NCBI GenBank assembly: GCA_965116885.1
Contig: OZ220741.1
Coordinates: forward strand, 2,784,001 to 2,848,000
DNA length: 64,000 bases
Direction of reading: 5' to 3'
Source: Candidatus Latescibacterota bacterium
GTDB taxonomy: Bacteria > Latescibacterota > UBA2968
Position 1 is the stretch's first letter; every line of letters starts with the position of its first letter. Positions 28,327 to 38,812 of this stretch are shown one piece after another. Below the pieces are notes generated by a model. It had not been told where the DNA came from. It made no database searches and saw only the letters and a program-made list of their open reading frames with translations. A program made the translations under genes and the position numbers.

Positions 28327-30207
28327 TTACTGGTTGGTGACTACAAAGAATTCGCTGGTGCGTTTTTGCTTTGGCACAGCTTGTTCAAAATAGGCTTCAA
28401 GCGTTTTTTGTGCAATAGGTGCGGCAACACTGCCGCCCGAACCGCCGTTTTCAACAATTACGGCAATGGCAATGCGCGGGTTTTCTGCCGGTGCATAAGC
28501 GACAAACCAGGCGTGGTCTTCACCATGAGGATTTTGTGCGGTGCCCGTTTTTCCCGCAACGACAATGTCGGGTAAACGGGCGCGATGACCAGTGCCGCCA
28601 GGGCTGTTGACCACATCGACCATCATGCTTCGCACTGTTTCAATGACTTCTTGCGAGATGGGTAGAGATGTGGTTTTCCCCTTTGTACCTTTGATTACCT
28701 GCGGAGTGGGTAACTGACCGGTTGCCAGTGCACTGGTATAGCGCACCACCTGAAGGGGAGTTGCCAGGAGTTCCCCTTGCCCAATGGTCAGGTTGAGCAT
28801 ATTGCCACCAGCCAAGAAGCCGTGCCTTTGTTTGTAATAGGCGCGGTTGGGCAGCAGACCGCGTGCTTCACCATCGCCTCCCGAAGCGATGTCGATATTT
28901 GTCAATTCACCAAATTCGAACATAGCGGCATACCGATGCCATTCGTCAATACCTACTTTGAGGCCGAGTTGATAAAAGAATACATCACAAGATTTGACAA
29001 GTGCTTGCCGCATGTTGATTGTTCCACAGCCTCTTTTGTTGTGACATCTAAATCGGCGATCACCGAAAACCATGCCCCCTGTGCAAGGACGCAAGCGATA
29101 TTCATCGGCTTTGAGTATGCCCCTGTCCAAAGCGGCAACAGATGTGATCATTTTGAATACCGAAGCGGGCGGGTATTCGCCCTTAAGGCTGCGATTGAGC
29201 AAGGGTTTGGATGGATCTGTTTGCAAGTGCTGCCACGCTTTGGGGTCTCGAATAGATCGCGGATGAAATCCGGGTTTACTGACTATGGCGATGATTTCGC
29301 CAGACTGCGGATGCATCGCTACGAGGCTGCCGCGCATGCTGTCTGCAAAGGCGTGCTCGGCGGCATGTTGCACGCGCCAGTCGATCGTGAGCGACAGATC
29401 TTCGCCGGGAATAGGAGGATCTGTTTTTTCGGGGAAACTACCCACTTCTCGGCCCCTGGCATTTACTTCGATGTATTTGACGCCCTTATGGCCCCGCATC
29501 CGGTCTTCAAACATGCGCTCAATACCTCGTTTTCCAATGCGGTCGTCGTAGCGATAGCCTTCTGCTTTCAGACGAGAATATTGCGATGCGTTGATCAGCC
29601 CGAGATAGCCCAGAGTATGAGGTGCTAATGGAAAGGATTGACTGACGTTGTGTTGCTCGTGTGAAAATTCTGTGGATATCTCCGGGGGCGTGTCAAAGAT
29701 GGGATAGCCCCTGCGGGGTTCAATTTGGATTTCGACACCGGGGAAATCATAGCGATTTTCTTCGATAATGGAAACGGCTTCAAAATCAACATCGCGTTTG
29801 AGGTTGATCGGATCGTAAAAATATCGGTTAGGCGATTGCAATTTTTCTGTTATGGTTTCACAGGGCAGATCCACAATTTGCCCGAGGCGTTCGAGAAGTC
29901 CATTGCATTTGCCCTCTTCAATATTTGCCAAAAAGCGAGGGGGAATGACTGAGATGTTATAAGACGGTCTGTTATCGACCAAAATGATACCATTGCGATC
30001 GCGAATCAGGCCGCGATTGGCCTGGATGATGACGGGCTGCATGGTATTTTTTTCGGATTTAATGCGATACTGTTCCCATTCGGCAATCTGCAACATATAG
30101 AGGCGGACACCCAATATGCCAAAGAGGAATGCGACGACGCCAATAAGAATGCGTGCGCGATGCTCTCGAATGCCGTTATGTGTGAAGTTATTCTGCATGG
30201 GATTCAA
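28327..30207 (-). CDS. mrdA: Penicillin-binding protein 2
   Basis: RGLIRDRNG, SVFK, SCD, KTGT motifs. Confidence 0.95.
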   Translation of the reverse strand: MNPMQNNFTHNGIREHRARILIGVVAFLFGILGVRLYMLQIAEWEQYRIKSEKNTMQPVIIQANRGLIRDRNGIILVDNRPSYNISVIPPRFLANIEEGKCNGLLERLGQIVDLPCETITEKLQSPNRYFYDPINLKRDVDFEAVSIIEENRYDFPGVEIQIEPRRGYPIFDTPPEISTEFSHEQHNVSQSFPLAPHTLGYLGLINASQYSRLKAEGYRYDDRIGKRGIERMFEDRMRGHKGVKYIEVNARGREVGSFPEKTDPPIPGEDLSLTIDWRVQHAAEHAFADSMRGSLVAMHPQSGEIIAIVSKPGFHPRSIRDPKAWQHLQTDPSKPLLNRSLKGEYPPASVFKMITSVAALDRGILKADEYRLRPCTGGMVFGDRRFRCHNKRGCGTINMRQALVKSCDVFFYQLGLKVGIDEWHRYAAMFEFGELTNIDIASGGDGEARGLLPNRAYYKQRHGFLAGGNMLNLTIGQGELLATPLQVVRYTSALATGQLPTPQVIKGTKGKTTSLPISQEVIETVRSMMVDVVNSPGGTGHRARLPDIVVAGKTGTAQNPHGEDHAWFVAYAPAENPRIAIAVIVENGGSGGSVAAPIAQKTLEAYFEQAVPKQKRTSEFFVVTNQ

Positions 30208-30667
30208 TATTGAAAAGTGAGAGATGGGTAAGGATAGACGACAATGCCGTGCCCAACGCGGCTGTGTAAAGGCCTGTGCCCAATCCGACGCTCAAAATTT
30301 TGAGTGGTTGCAAAATAAAAATAAAAAAAATAATATCATGTAAAAGTGTTGCTAAAAATAAAATAGCAGCCTGTGCTCGTAGAGCTTCTGCGGCGATACT
30401 CACACGGCTATAACCTGCAAAAAAACCAATCAGGCTGTTGGCAAGGGCATTGGTGCCCAAACGCGAGCCGGGATCGTATATGTCGATGAGCAATCCCGAT
30501 ATAAAACCCAGTGCTGTCGCTTCAATTTGTCCCCGGGTAAAGGCAATGAAAACCAGTATGATAATGACGATATCCGGTGCGATACCGTAAATTGCGAAGA
30601 TATCGATCCAGGATGCCTGGAGAAGCAGTGCCAAACAAATGAACAAAATATTGCGGGCGATAATCAT
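30188..30667 (-). CDS. mreD: Rod shape-determining protein MreD
   Basis: Hydrophobic; PDIV, GFISGLLIDI; sits upstream of mrdA. Confidence 0.85.
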   Translation of the reverse strand: MIIARNILFICLALLLQASWIDIFAIYGIAPDIVIIILVFIAFTRGQIEATALGFISGLLIDIYDPGSRLGTNALANSLIGFFAGYSRVSIAAEALRAQAAILFLATLLHDIIFFIFILQPLKILSVGLGTGLYTAALGTALSSILTHLSLFNIESHAE

Positions 30668-30676
30668 ATTGATTGG

Positions 30677-30705
30677 GAAGGGGCGGGTTTAAAACCCACC
30701 CGTAC
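30677..30705. repeat. Degenerate REP-like palindrome
   Basis: GAAGGGGCGGGTTTAAAACCCACCCGTAC; shares GGGGCGG with the GTAG REPs. Confidence 0.55.
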
Positions 30706-30740
30706 GGTCAATTCTCCACCAGGGCGGACTGACAGTTTCA

Positions 30741-32636
30741 TCAATCCGCAATTTCTCTAACGCGAATGCGGGTGCCGGGCCGCAGACGCGATGGACTTCG
30801 AATGTTATTCCAGGATTGTAGGGCTGCAACACTGGTATCAAAGGCACGCGCAATGCCCCACAGGGTATCCCCCGTGCGAACTGTATAAAAGATGGGAGAT
30901 TCCGATGTTCCATCTTTGGGTACCCACAATGTGAGGCGATCGCCCGGGTGAATGGGACGATTGGTATTCAGATTGTTCCACGCACGCAGGTGTGAAACCG
31001 TGATACCTTTTCGTTTGGCTATGTCCCATAAGGTATCGCCTGTACGCACCGTGACATTGATCTGGCGATAGTGTTTGGGGTCGGGCTTGTGGCTAATACT
31101 TTTTGTTTGTATTGCTGGGCGTGCCTGTGTTGCGGCAGCCAAGCGTTGGGCGTGGGGATACATTGGAATGCTGAGTTTCTGACCAATTTGCAGGCGACGG
31201 GGGTTGGTGATGCCATTGGCCGCTTGCAGATCGGATGCCGACACTCCCACGCGGGATGCGATACCCGATAAGGTGTCCCCGCGTTTGACCACATAGTCGA
31301 TAAGTTGGATTTTTTTATGTGCTGGTATTTGTGCGTAATTGGCTCTGAATTTCGCACCTGCGCCCTTTGGTACGCGCAAATTATAGGCGTTTCGCCGCAT
31401 GGCGGGCGGTGTATATGGACGGCGCAATTCGGGGTTGAGTTGTTTGAGCCAGGTGTAGGTCGTGCCCGCACATTCCGCTGCCAAATGCAGGTTCACAGGT
31501 TCTGTTAAAACGACTTTGTCATAAGACAGGGGAGGTTGATAGACAACATCTTTAAAGCCAAAAAAAGCGGGATCTTTGGCAATGACGACAGCTGCCATAA
31601 ACTTGGGTACGTGATTGCGGGTTTCTCTGGGCAGTACGTCGATTTCCCAAAAGTCACGGGTTCTGGATCTTGCAATAGCGCGATCCATCCGGCCCTGTCC
31701 GCAGTTGTAGGCTGCGACAACCAGATGCCAATCTTTAAAGTGCTCGTATAGGTGATTGAGATGTCGCGCAGCAGCATGTGTGGATTTTTCGGGATCCATG
31801 CGATCGTCAATATAGGTGTTGCGCCGCAGGCCATAGAGCAAGCCAGTGCGGTACATAAATTGCCACATGCCCAGGGCGTATGCACGCGAGAGCGCACGGG
31901 GATTAAATCCACTTTCGATCAAGGCTTTGTACGCGAGATCCGAAGGCAGGCCCTGTTCGCGGAAAATTGTCTGGATCATAGGCAAATAGGCGGTGGAGCG
32001 AGACAGACTGCGTTCAAAAAAGTCGCGCTTTTCCGTGAGGAAATATTGGATATAAGCCATGACTTCGGGTCTGAGGTCAATGGGTACATCGGCTTGCCCT
32101 GCCAGTACTCTTATTTTGAGTTCTCGGTAGTGTGGATGATGCAACAAATCGGCAACTACAGATTCGGGAAGGGCATTGAGCAGGGTTGCCAGTGGTGCCT
32201 GCGGTGGTATGGGCACATGGGACGAAATCGCGTGATAGCGTTCGAGTGTGAAACGGATCAACGCGGCCCATTTTTTTGCTGTTTCCGGTTCGGAAACAAA
32301 ACGCTCGCGCAATATGAAAGATGCCGTATCGAGCAAAGCTCTTACGCGAAGAGAGTGGGTTTCGACTGCGGCCTTTTGAAGCAGATCATAGAGACGGTCG
32401 CCCCTGGGTTCTATATCTTCTATTGACACTGGCTCTGTTGGTATAATGGGTTCTGCAACTTCTGCTGGTTCTGTAACTGCTGGTACAGTTACGGGGGCAG
32501 GCACAGGTGCAAGAGGCGTGCGTGCGGTGGTTGCACAACCCGCCAAAACTATAACTGCAATGAGACACAGGTTATACCGCAGGGCTGTCTTCGCGTTATT
32601 GAGAAGATTTTGTCTGTACAATGAATGCTGTTTCAT
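30741..32636 (-). CDS. MltD-like lytic transglycosylase with three LysM domains, probable lipoprotein
   Basis: LAGC lipobox, IESGF, GMWQF, AAYNCG, ETRNHV, three GDTL LysM repeats. Confidence 0.9.
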   Translation of the reverse strand: MKQHSLYRQNLLNNAKTALRYNLCLIAVIVLAGCATTARTPLAPVPAPVTVPAVTEPAEVAEPIIPTEPVSIEDIEPRGDRLYDLLQKAAVETHSLRVRALLDTASFILRERFVSEPETAKKWAALIRFTLERYHAISSHVPIPPQAPLATLLNALPESVVADLLHHPHYRELKIRVLAGQADVPIDLRPEVMAYIQYFLTEKRDFFERSLSRSTAYLPMIQTIFREQGLPSDLAYKALIESGFNPRALSRAYALGMWQFMYRTGLLYGLRRNTYIDDRMDPEKSTHAAARHLNHLYEHFKDWHLVVAAYNCGQGRMDRAIARSRTRDFWEIDVLPRETRNHVPKFMAAVVIAKDPAFFGFKDVVYQPPLSYDKVVLTEPVNLHLAAECAGTTYTWLKQLNPELRRPYTPPAMRRNAYNLRVPKGAGAKFRANYAQIPAHKKIQLIDYVVKRGDTLSGIASRVGVSASDLQAANGITNPRRLQIGQKLSIPMYPHAQRLAAATQARPAIQTKSISHKPDPKHYRQINVTVRTGDTLWDIAKRKGITVSHLRAWNNLNTNRPIHPGDRLTLWVPKDGTSESPIFYTVRTGDTLWGIARAFDTSVAALQSWNNIRSPSRLRPGTRIRVREIAD

Positions 32637-33312
32637 AGCCTTTCTTTGTTACCTCCTCGAGTAATATTTCTGCATCGTTGCGCGTCTGAAAATTGCCGAC
32701 GCGCACCTTGAAATAAGGGGGTTCAAAATCGATAAAAACATCGTCGCGCCTCAGTTGAGCACGCGCTTGCATTTGTGCATTTTCTGCTGAGCCTCGCGTC
32801 GATGACGAAAAAATTTGAACTCTAAACCCCGATGTGGCATCGCTTTCAGGTTGCACATTGGCAATTTGTGTGCGAACCACATAAGCATCGGGAAAGCCCA
32901 GCGCTCTAATGGCGTCGCGCAGTGTTTTGGCCGATTCGGGCGTGCGACTGTTGCCCGCTTGAATTTTGTAGAGTTGGATATCTTCGTCAAGATGAATATA
33001 TGTCAGGACTTGAGCGTCGCGCTGAATTTGTTCGCGCAAGGCTTCTGCCCGATTGTGATCGCGAAGGGCTGCAACTTGAACGCGGAAGCCCTCAATTTGT
33101 GATACTTCCGCAGAGGGCATTGCTTCGGTGCGTACAGGTGTTTGCAACACCGGGTCGTCGTCCATGAGGGTCTGCGGGTCAAATTCTTCTCGCGCCGCCG
33201 GAGAATCAGCCTTCGGAGCATCAACCGGAGGAGCGAGTTGGGTCTGCTGTGCGACACAGCCGATCAGGAACACGACAAATAAGACAAATAACAAGATATT
33301 TTTTCTTATCAT
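32596..33312 (-). CDS. Lipoprotein with two SPOR domains
   Basis: LIGC lipobox; GFRVQV and GFRVQIF, YFKVRVGNF. Confidence 0.85.
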   Translation of the reverse strand: MIRKNILLFVLFVVFLIGCVAQQTQLAPPVDAPKADSPAAREEFDPQTLMDDDPVLQTPVRTEAMPSAEVSQIEGFRVQVAALRDHNRAEALREQIQRDAQVLTYIHLDEDIQLYKIQAGNSRTPESAKTLRDAIRALGFPDAYVVRTQIANVQPESDATSGFRVQIFSSSTRGSAENAQMQARAQLRRDDVFIDFEPPYFKVRVGNFQTRNDAEILLEEVTKKGYETAFIVQTKSSQ

Positions 33313-33514
33313 TTTGCCTCCACAAGCAGTTGTCAGTTTTATTTTTTAACCTTTACACGATCACGTATGCGTGACCCTCACACTTTAAGAATACATGCAA
33401 AATTTGTCAACGACTTATATTGCGTAATTTATCGAAAAATGCACTATTTTCCCCAATATCTTGTATATCTTAAAAAAATAATAAAGTCGCTTAATTATGC
33501 AATAAACCAGGGCG

Positions 33515-34552
33515 TCACTCTCCAAACCACCGCTCAAATATTTTTGTGTAATTGTCTTTTGCCACGCCTTTTTCCGTTATGATCGCCGTGACGAGGTGGT
33601 TGGGGGTCACGTCAAAGGCGGGATTGTACACATGGATGCCACTGGGCGCGGTTTGCCGGCCCATGCCGTGTGTGATTTCTTCTGTTTCGCGCTCTTCTAT
33701 GGGAATTTGCGCGCCAGTGTCGCGTTTCATGTCAATGGTAGATAAGGGTGCGGCCACGTAAAAAGGCACCTGATGTGCTTTGGCCAGAATGGCCAGTCCA
33801 TAGGTACCGATTTTGTTGGCTACGTCTCCGTTTTTGGCAATGCAATCTGCTCCGACAACGATGCTGTCGATGTTTTTTTCGCGTAGCACCGCAGCGGCCA
33901 TGCTATCGCATATTACGGTGACATCTACGCCGCTTTGATTCAGTTCCCAGGCCGTGAGGCGTGATCCCTGTAAGAGCGGGCGGGTTTCGTCGGCATAGAC
34001 CGCGACTTGTTTGCCCGCTTCAACGGCGGCGTAAACCACTGCGAGAGCCGTGCCGTAGTCGGCCGTAGCCAGGCCGCCCGCATTGCAGTGGGTCAATACA
34101 GTCGCTTGCGAAGATAGCAATTCGGCACCATTGAGACCAATTTGGCGACATATTCGTTTGTCGTCTTCAAAAATTTCATGGGCTTTTTTGAGCAGGCGAT
34201 CGCGTTTTTCAGTGGGTGAATGGTCGGTTGCTTTGGCGAGGACCTTTTTTTGACGGTCAAGTGCCCAAAAGAGGTTGACGGCTGTGGGGCGCGTTTGCGC
34301 CAATTTTTGAATGCTTTCTGCGACATACCGATCAAAGTCGGCATTTTGCGCTATGGCTTCTTGCGCTGCAATCACGACGCCATAAGCAGCCGCTACGCCG
34401 ATGGCTGGCGCGCCGCGTACCCTCAAGCTGACGATGGCCTCTGCCACTGTGCCGACATCGCGGCAAGTGATGAATATGTACTTTTCGGGCAATAAGGTCT
34501 GGTCGATGAGGCGCAGAGCATCATTTTCCCAGGTGATGGTTGGAACGGGCAT
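33515..34552 (-). CDS. mtnA: S-methyl-5-thioribose-1-phosphate isomerase
   Basis: VRGAPAIG, RPTAVNL, THCNAG, ETRPLLQG, NPAFDVTP. Confidence 0.95.
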   Translation of the reverse strand: MPVPTITWENDALRLIDQTLLPEKYIFITCRDVGTVAEAIVSLRVRGAPAIGVAAAYGVVIAAQEAIAQNADFDRYVAESIQKLAQTRPTAVNLFWALDRQKKVLAKATDHSPTEKRDRLLKKAHEIFEDDKRICRQIGLNGAELLSSQATVLTHCNAGGLATADYGTALAVVYAAVEAGKQVAVYADETRPLLQGSRLTAWELNQSGVDVTVICDSMAAAVLREKNIDSIVVGADCIAKNGDVANKIGTYGLAILAKAHQVPFYVAAPLSTIDMKRDTGAQIPIEERETEEITHGMGRQTAPSGIHVYNPAFDVTPNHLVTAIITEKGVAKDNYTKIFERWFGE

Positions 34553-34582
34553 TGGCCATCTCCATTTGTCTTGTGTCGCGGA

Positions 34583-34948
34583 TTAAATTATCAATACGTC
34601 ATCTTCAATGTGCTCTATCGGCGCGTCGCGCCACAGGCGTTCCAGACCGTAAAATTGGCGCGAGTCTTGTTGAAAAATATGTACGACAATGTCGAAAAAG
34701 TCGATTAGTACCCATTTTCGCACATCATATCCTTCGACCTGATAAGGGGGCTGTCCTTCTGCTTTGAGACCCTCGATTACCGCATCGGCTAAGGCGCGAA
34801 CATGCACATCGGATGTTCCCGTGCAGATGATAAAATAATCGGCAAAGTCGGCTGTTTGACGCAGATCAACCGCAATGATGTCTTCGGCTTTGCGCGATAG
34901 CAAATGTTCAATGCAGGCACTGCGAACGTTTTCGGTGGTATCTGACAA
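34583..34948 (-). CDS. rsfS: Ribosome silencing factor
   Basis: KAEDI, ADYFIICTG, WVLIDF, FYGLERLW; likely TTG start. Confidence 0.9.
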   Translation of the reverse strand: MSDTTENVRSACIEHLLSRKAEDIIAVDLRQTADFADYFIICTGTSDVHVRALADAVIEGLKAEGQPPYQVEGYDVRKWVLIDFFDIVVHIFQQDSRQFYGLERLWRDAPIEHIEDDVLII

Positions 34949-34964
34949 AATAGGCTCTCTCTCC

Positions 34965-35381
34965 TCACTTAAATATTTCCAGTCCACGATAATCTCGCCC
35001 AATGATGACGGTGACTTCCTCGATGCGAAAGGGGTCGGGTGTCTTTTGCTGGATCACATTGGGCGTACCGAGCACATTGGCGACTTGTTTGGCATATTCT
35101 ATTTTTCCCATGCGGTCTATGACAATGGTTTCGGGAAAGTTGAAATTTTCAGCATTGCCCAGGGTCATGACATCTATGCCAAAATCGCGCAGTTTTTGCC
35201 CGACCTCGGTTGCAATGCCGCCTGTGCCACAGCCATTGAGAATTTCAACGCGAATATTGTGAGAGACCTGGGAGACTTCGGGCACGACTTCAGGTGCCGT
35301 TTGCGGATCCCAATAGGCTTTTGTCGCAAAGACCAGTCCGGCGATGAGCAGTCCGCCGATAATCCATAACCAGCGTTTCAT
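34965..35381 (-). CDS. LytR C-terminal domain membrane protein
   Basis: TM anchor, VEILNGCG..G.A, VTVIIGRDY. Confidence 0.85.
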   Translation of the reverse strand: MKRWLWIIGGLLIAGLVFATKAYWDPQTAPEVVPEVSQVSHNIRVEILNGCGTGGIATEVGQKLRDFGIDVMTLGNAENFNFPETIVIDRMGKIEYAKQVANVLGTPNVIQQKTPDPFRIEEVTVIIGRDYRGLEIFK

Positions 35382-35399
35382 GTTGATAAATATAAGGAT

Positions 35400-35434
35400 A
35401 AAAAAAAAAGACGCCAGTCTTACGTGCTGGCGTC
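35400..35434 (-). terminator. Intrinsic terminator
   Basis: GACGCCAG-N9-CTGGCGTC followed by a T tract on the minus strand. Confidence 0.7.
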
Positions 35435-35456
35435 CCTATCTGTTAATATCGCGCTT

Positions 35457-35924
35457 TTAATAGCGCCTGTATCTGTCGTTGTAATAATAGGGATAGCCAT
35501 AGCCGTTGAAGGTACTGAATCCAAATTCGATGCGAATATTGGGCTTGGGCTGATACAAAAGATTGACATTGGGAACGACGACTTGAACACCACCCGATGA
35601 GGTCGAACCGTAACGCGTATTGCCCGACATTCGATTGACCAGGCCAACTTGCGCTCTGACGATGAGCGGTTTGGATATCTGATAGGTGATGTCGTTGAGA
35701 TAGTACTGGTTCAGGCCGCCGCCGTATCCCGAACTGTAACTGACCCCAATGGTGTGGTTAAATTTGAGCTTTTTCAGGTCGAACAAACCGCTGGTGGTTT
35801 TTAACCCGTTCACGAGGTTTTCACCTGCGAGCGGGATTTTATTTTGCGGCTGAATGCCAATGTCTGCCCGTGCCTGTGTCGCGATAAAAGCTACAACTGC
35901 AAGTGTATAAATCCATTTATACAT
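35457..35924 (-). CDS. Hypothetical exported beta-strand protein
   Basis: Signal peptide, alternating beta patterns, Tyr-rich tail, GGGGG RBS. Confidence 0.7.
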   Translation of the reverse strand: MYKWIYTLAVVAFIATQARADIGIQPQNKIPLAGENLVNGLKTTSGLFDLKKLKFNHTIGVSYSSGYGGGLNQYYLNDITYQISKPLIVRAQVGLVNRMSGNTRYGSTSSGGVQVVVPNVNLLYQPKPNIRIEFGFSTFNGYGYPYYYNDRYRRY

Positions 35925-36109
35925 GTGTAAAACCCCCTTTCCGTTATGAACAGAATACTGAAACTGAGATGAGATGTCAAGTGTTCTGTTTTCTTAGACA
36001 CCTGAGCATATCTTTATGTTCCATAATGGAAATTGCGCTTGAAAGAGAAGGGTGGGATGGCTATACTTATGTGTGTTCTATGCGTAAGACATTCGAAAGG
36101 AAATGAAAA

Positions 36110-36340
36110 ATGAAATTTCAACGCATCACGATTTCTGCCGATCAAATGGGGGGATTGCCCTGTATAAGAGGTCTTCGTATCCCCGTTTCTGTCATTGTTG
36201 ATCTCGTCGCTGCAAACACACCTGATGAGGAAATTTTGAGACTCTATCCCGACCTCGAACCCGAAGACATACGCGAAGCACTTGCTTTTGCTGCGGTCGC
36301 AGTGCGTGAACGAGAACTTCCTCTCCAGATGACACCATGA
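36110..36340 (+). CDS. DUF433 antitoxin
   Basis: [27 protein letters not shown]. Confidence 0.9.
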   Translation: MKFQRITISADQMGGLPCIRGLRIPVSVIVDLVAANTPDEEILRLYPDLEPEDIREALAFAAVAVRERELPLQMTP

Positions 36341-36711
36341 GATTTCTCATTGATAATGCGCTTTCTCCATTGCTGGCTCAAAAGCTCGTTGAAGAGGGAT
36401 ACGATGCTGTACACATCCGCGAATATAATATGCAATCTGCATCCGATGAGGATATTTTCCAATTCGCTCAGAGAGAGGATAGGATCATTATTTCGGCTGA
36501 CACGGACTTTGGCTCATTACTCGCATTGAGTAGTGCTCCCAAACCATCTGTAATCCTTTTTCGAAGAGGTACGGAGAGGCATCCAGAGCAACAATTTAAA
36601 CTGTTACAGGCCAATCTACCGACTATTTCCAATGATCTTCAAGATGGCAGCGTTGTTGTTTTTACTCAAAATAGCATACGGATCAGGCATCTTCCCATCG
36701 CATTAAATTAA
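36337..36711 (+). CDS. DUF5615 PIN-like toxin
   Basis: [22 protein letters not shown]; 4-nt overlap with the antitoxin gene. Confidence 0.9.
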   Translation: MRFLIDNALSPLLAQKLVEEGYDAVHIREYNMQSASDEDIFQFAQREDRIIISADTDFGSLLALSSAPKPSVILFRRGTERHPEQQFKLLQANLPTISNDLQDGSVVVFTQNSIRIRHLPIALN

Positions 36712-36747
36712 AAGAAACTCCTCCGAACTTCTCAGAAGGAGAATGAC

Positions 36748-37026
36748 ATGGCAGAACAAATATCTACAACAGACGCACCTCTATCGTGTCCAACATTGGA
36801 AAAATTGACAGAGAAAGAGCAAGAGATGTTGTTCGATGCGTTTGAGAAGGCTATCGAATTGGCAGAAAAAGCAGGTTTCTCAGAGGCTGAGATTTTTCAG
36901 TTTTTTGAAGATGTGATTGATGTCCGTGCGTCTGAACAGGTCCTGGATAAGATGGAGAGAACCGGAGAGAAACCAATGACTCTGAAGGAATTTAAAGCAG
37001 AGGTACAGATTGTAGCGTCAAACTAG
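36748..37026 (+). CDS. Probable RelB-like antitoxin (orphan)
   Basis: Acidic, EDVIDV..GEKPMTLKEFKAE tail; AGGAG RBS. Confidence 0.5.
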   Translation: MAEQISTTDAPLSCPTLEKLTEKEQEMLFDAFEKAIELAEKAGFSEAEIFQFFEDVIDVRASEQVLDKMERTGEKPMTLKEFKAEVQIVASN

Positions 37027-37225
37027 TGGTCATACCCAGAAGTTGATGTGAAGTTAAGCAGCCCAGTCAAGTCGCCCGATCCGTTCTTTCATATCCTGCT
37101 TTGTGAAGCGCCAGTTGAAAGGTTTGGCCGTCAGATTATATTGTTCCTGAAAGCCGAGGATGCGGTTTTGCATCGCCTGTCGATCTGCCAAGTCATTGGG
37201 TGTGAGCGCCTTTCTTTTCAATAGT
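37023..37225 (-). mobile_element. IS630-family remnant (transposase C-terminus and right end)
   Basis: KRKALTPND..RILGFQEQYNLTAKPFNWRFT; ends at a CTAG. Confidence 0.7.
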
Positions 37226-37411
37226 TCTAGCGAGCAGTTCGCGAAAGCTTGTTTCCAACATTGTGGTTCCTCCATATCCAGCAGCATTTCGTCAGCAAAT
37301 GATCAATCTTGTCGATCTGGTCGTAATTTTGGAGAGTAGAGGTGGATACGAGGCGTGTCAACCAATCCGTTCTCCCCAGCATACATATTGAACTCTTTTC
37401 CACAACGACCA

Positions 37412-37648
37412 TCACATCCGATCCACATCACGAGCATTCAGAATACTCGAAGGCCGAACGCGGGTTCCCGTCGCTTCCTTGCGCTCGCGAACTCTGTGTA
37501 GCCACTCTTCAACCGAGGGGCGCGATGCGATTCGTTCCAATTCACTGCGGAGAAATGCTTGCATGGACTGGCGTTGGCGGGCGGCGCGGACAGCAAGCGC
37601 GTCGTGTACATCTTCCGGGACGTCTTCTATGGTGATTTGTACTGGCAT
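37412..37648 (-). CDS. FitA-like ribbon-helix-helix antitoxin; its toxin appears truncated
   Basis: ITIEDVPEDVHDALAVRAARQRQSMQAFLR; the overlapping downstream MMVVV start loses PIN similarity. Confidence 0.8.
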   Translation of the reverse strand: MPVQITIEDVPEDVHDALAVRAARQRQSMQAFLRSELERIASRPSVEEWLHRVRERKEATGTRVRPSSILNARDVDRM

Positions 37649-37674
37649 GATGGTTTGGTCCTCATGAAATATGG

Positions 37675-38799
37675 TTATTTCGTCTTGTCCATCAACCTGG
37701 CAAATTCGTCGAAGAGATAATCCGCATCGTGCGGACCGGCGGAGGCTTCGGGGTGGTATTGGACGGAGAATGCGGGCAGTTCTCGGTGGCGCAGGCCCTC
37801 GAGGGTGTTGTCGTTGAGGTTGATGTGGGTGAGTGTTACGACTTCTCGGTCGAGGGTGTTGAGATCGACGCAGAAACCGTGGTTTTGTGCGGTGATTTCG
37901 ACTTTGCCCGTGCTGGCGTGCTGCACGGGCTGGTTGGCTCCCCGGTGACCAAATTTGAGTTTGTACGTTTTTCCGCCCAGTGCCAGGCCGAGGAGCTGAT
38001 GGCCCAGACATATTCCAAAGGTAGGGCGTTCGCGGATCAATTTGCGGATGTTTTTGACCGCATAAGTTACCGGTTCTGGGTCGCCCGGGCCGTTGGATAA
38101 AAAGATGCCGTCGGGATCGATTTCGAGGAGTTGCTCTGCGGGGGTGTCGGCGGGAAAAACAGTTACATCGCAGCCGCGGTCAACGAGGTAGCGCAAGATG
38201 TTGTGTTTGATGCCAAAGTCGTAAGCCGCCACGCGGTATTTGGTCTTTTGTCGCAGGTGTCTGGTCTGGCCGGTTTTGAGATCGCAAAGGCCCTCGGCCC
38301 AGTGGTAGGGTTCTGTGCAGGTGACATTTTGCACGAGGTCGCGGCCAATTAGGCCGGGGAAGTCGCGCGCTTTTTGAACGAGGCTGTCGGTATCGAGATC
38401 GGTGGTTGACAGCACGCCTTTCATCGCGCCTTGCCGGCGGATGTGCCGCACGAGGGCGCGGGTGTCAATGCCTTCAATGCCGGGTATGTTGTGTTCTTTT
38501 AGAAAGTCGCCGAGGGCAATGGTTGACCGCCAATTGCTGGGATATGGACAGTATTCTTTGACTACAAAGCCTGAGACCTGGGGTTTTTGAGACTCAAAGT
38601 CGGATGGATTGATGCCATAGTTGCCAATGAGTGGATAGGTCATGGTTACGATCTGGCTGTTATAAGACGGATCTGTGAGGATTTCTTGATATCCCGTCAT
38701 GCTGGTGTTGAAGACGACTTCTCCTTCGTATTCAATGTCTGCGCCAAAGGATTTGCCTTTGAAAATGGTGCCGTCTTCCAATGCGAGAATCGCTGCCAT
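37675..38799 (-). CDS. carA: Carbamoyl-phosphate synthase small subunit
   Basis: [35 protein letters not shown]. Confidence 0.97.
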   Translation of the reverse strand: MAAILALEDGTIFKGKSFGADIEYEGEVVFNTSMTGYQEILTDPSYNSQIVTMTYPLIGNYGINPSDFESQKPQVSGFVVKEYCPYPSNWRSTIALGDFLKEHNIPGIEGIDTRALVRHIRRQGAMKGVLSTTDLDTDSLVQKARDFPGLIGRDLVQNVTCTEPYHWAEGLCDLKTGQTRHLRQKTKYRVAAYDFGIKHNILRYLVDRGCDVTVFPADTPAEQLLEIDPDGIFLSNGPGDPEPVTYAVKNIRKLIRERPTFGICLGHQLLGLALGGKTYKLKFGHRGANQPVQHASTGKVEITAQNHGFCVDLNTLDREVVTLTHINLNDNTLEGLRHRELPAFSVQYHPEASAGPHDADYLFDEFARLMDKTK

Positions 38800-38812
38800 G
38801 AATGTTGTTCCT

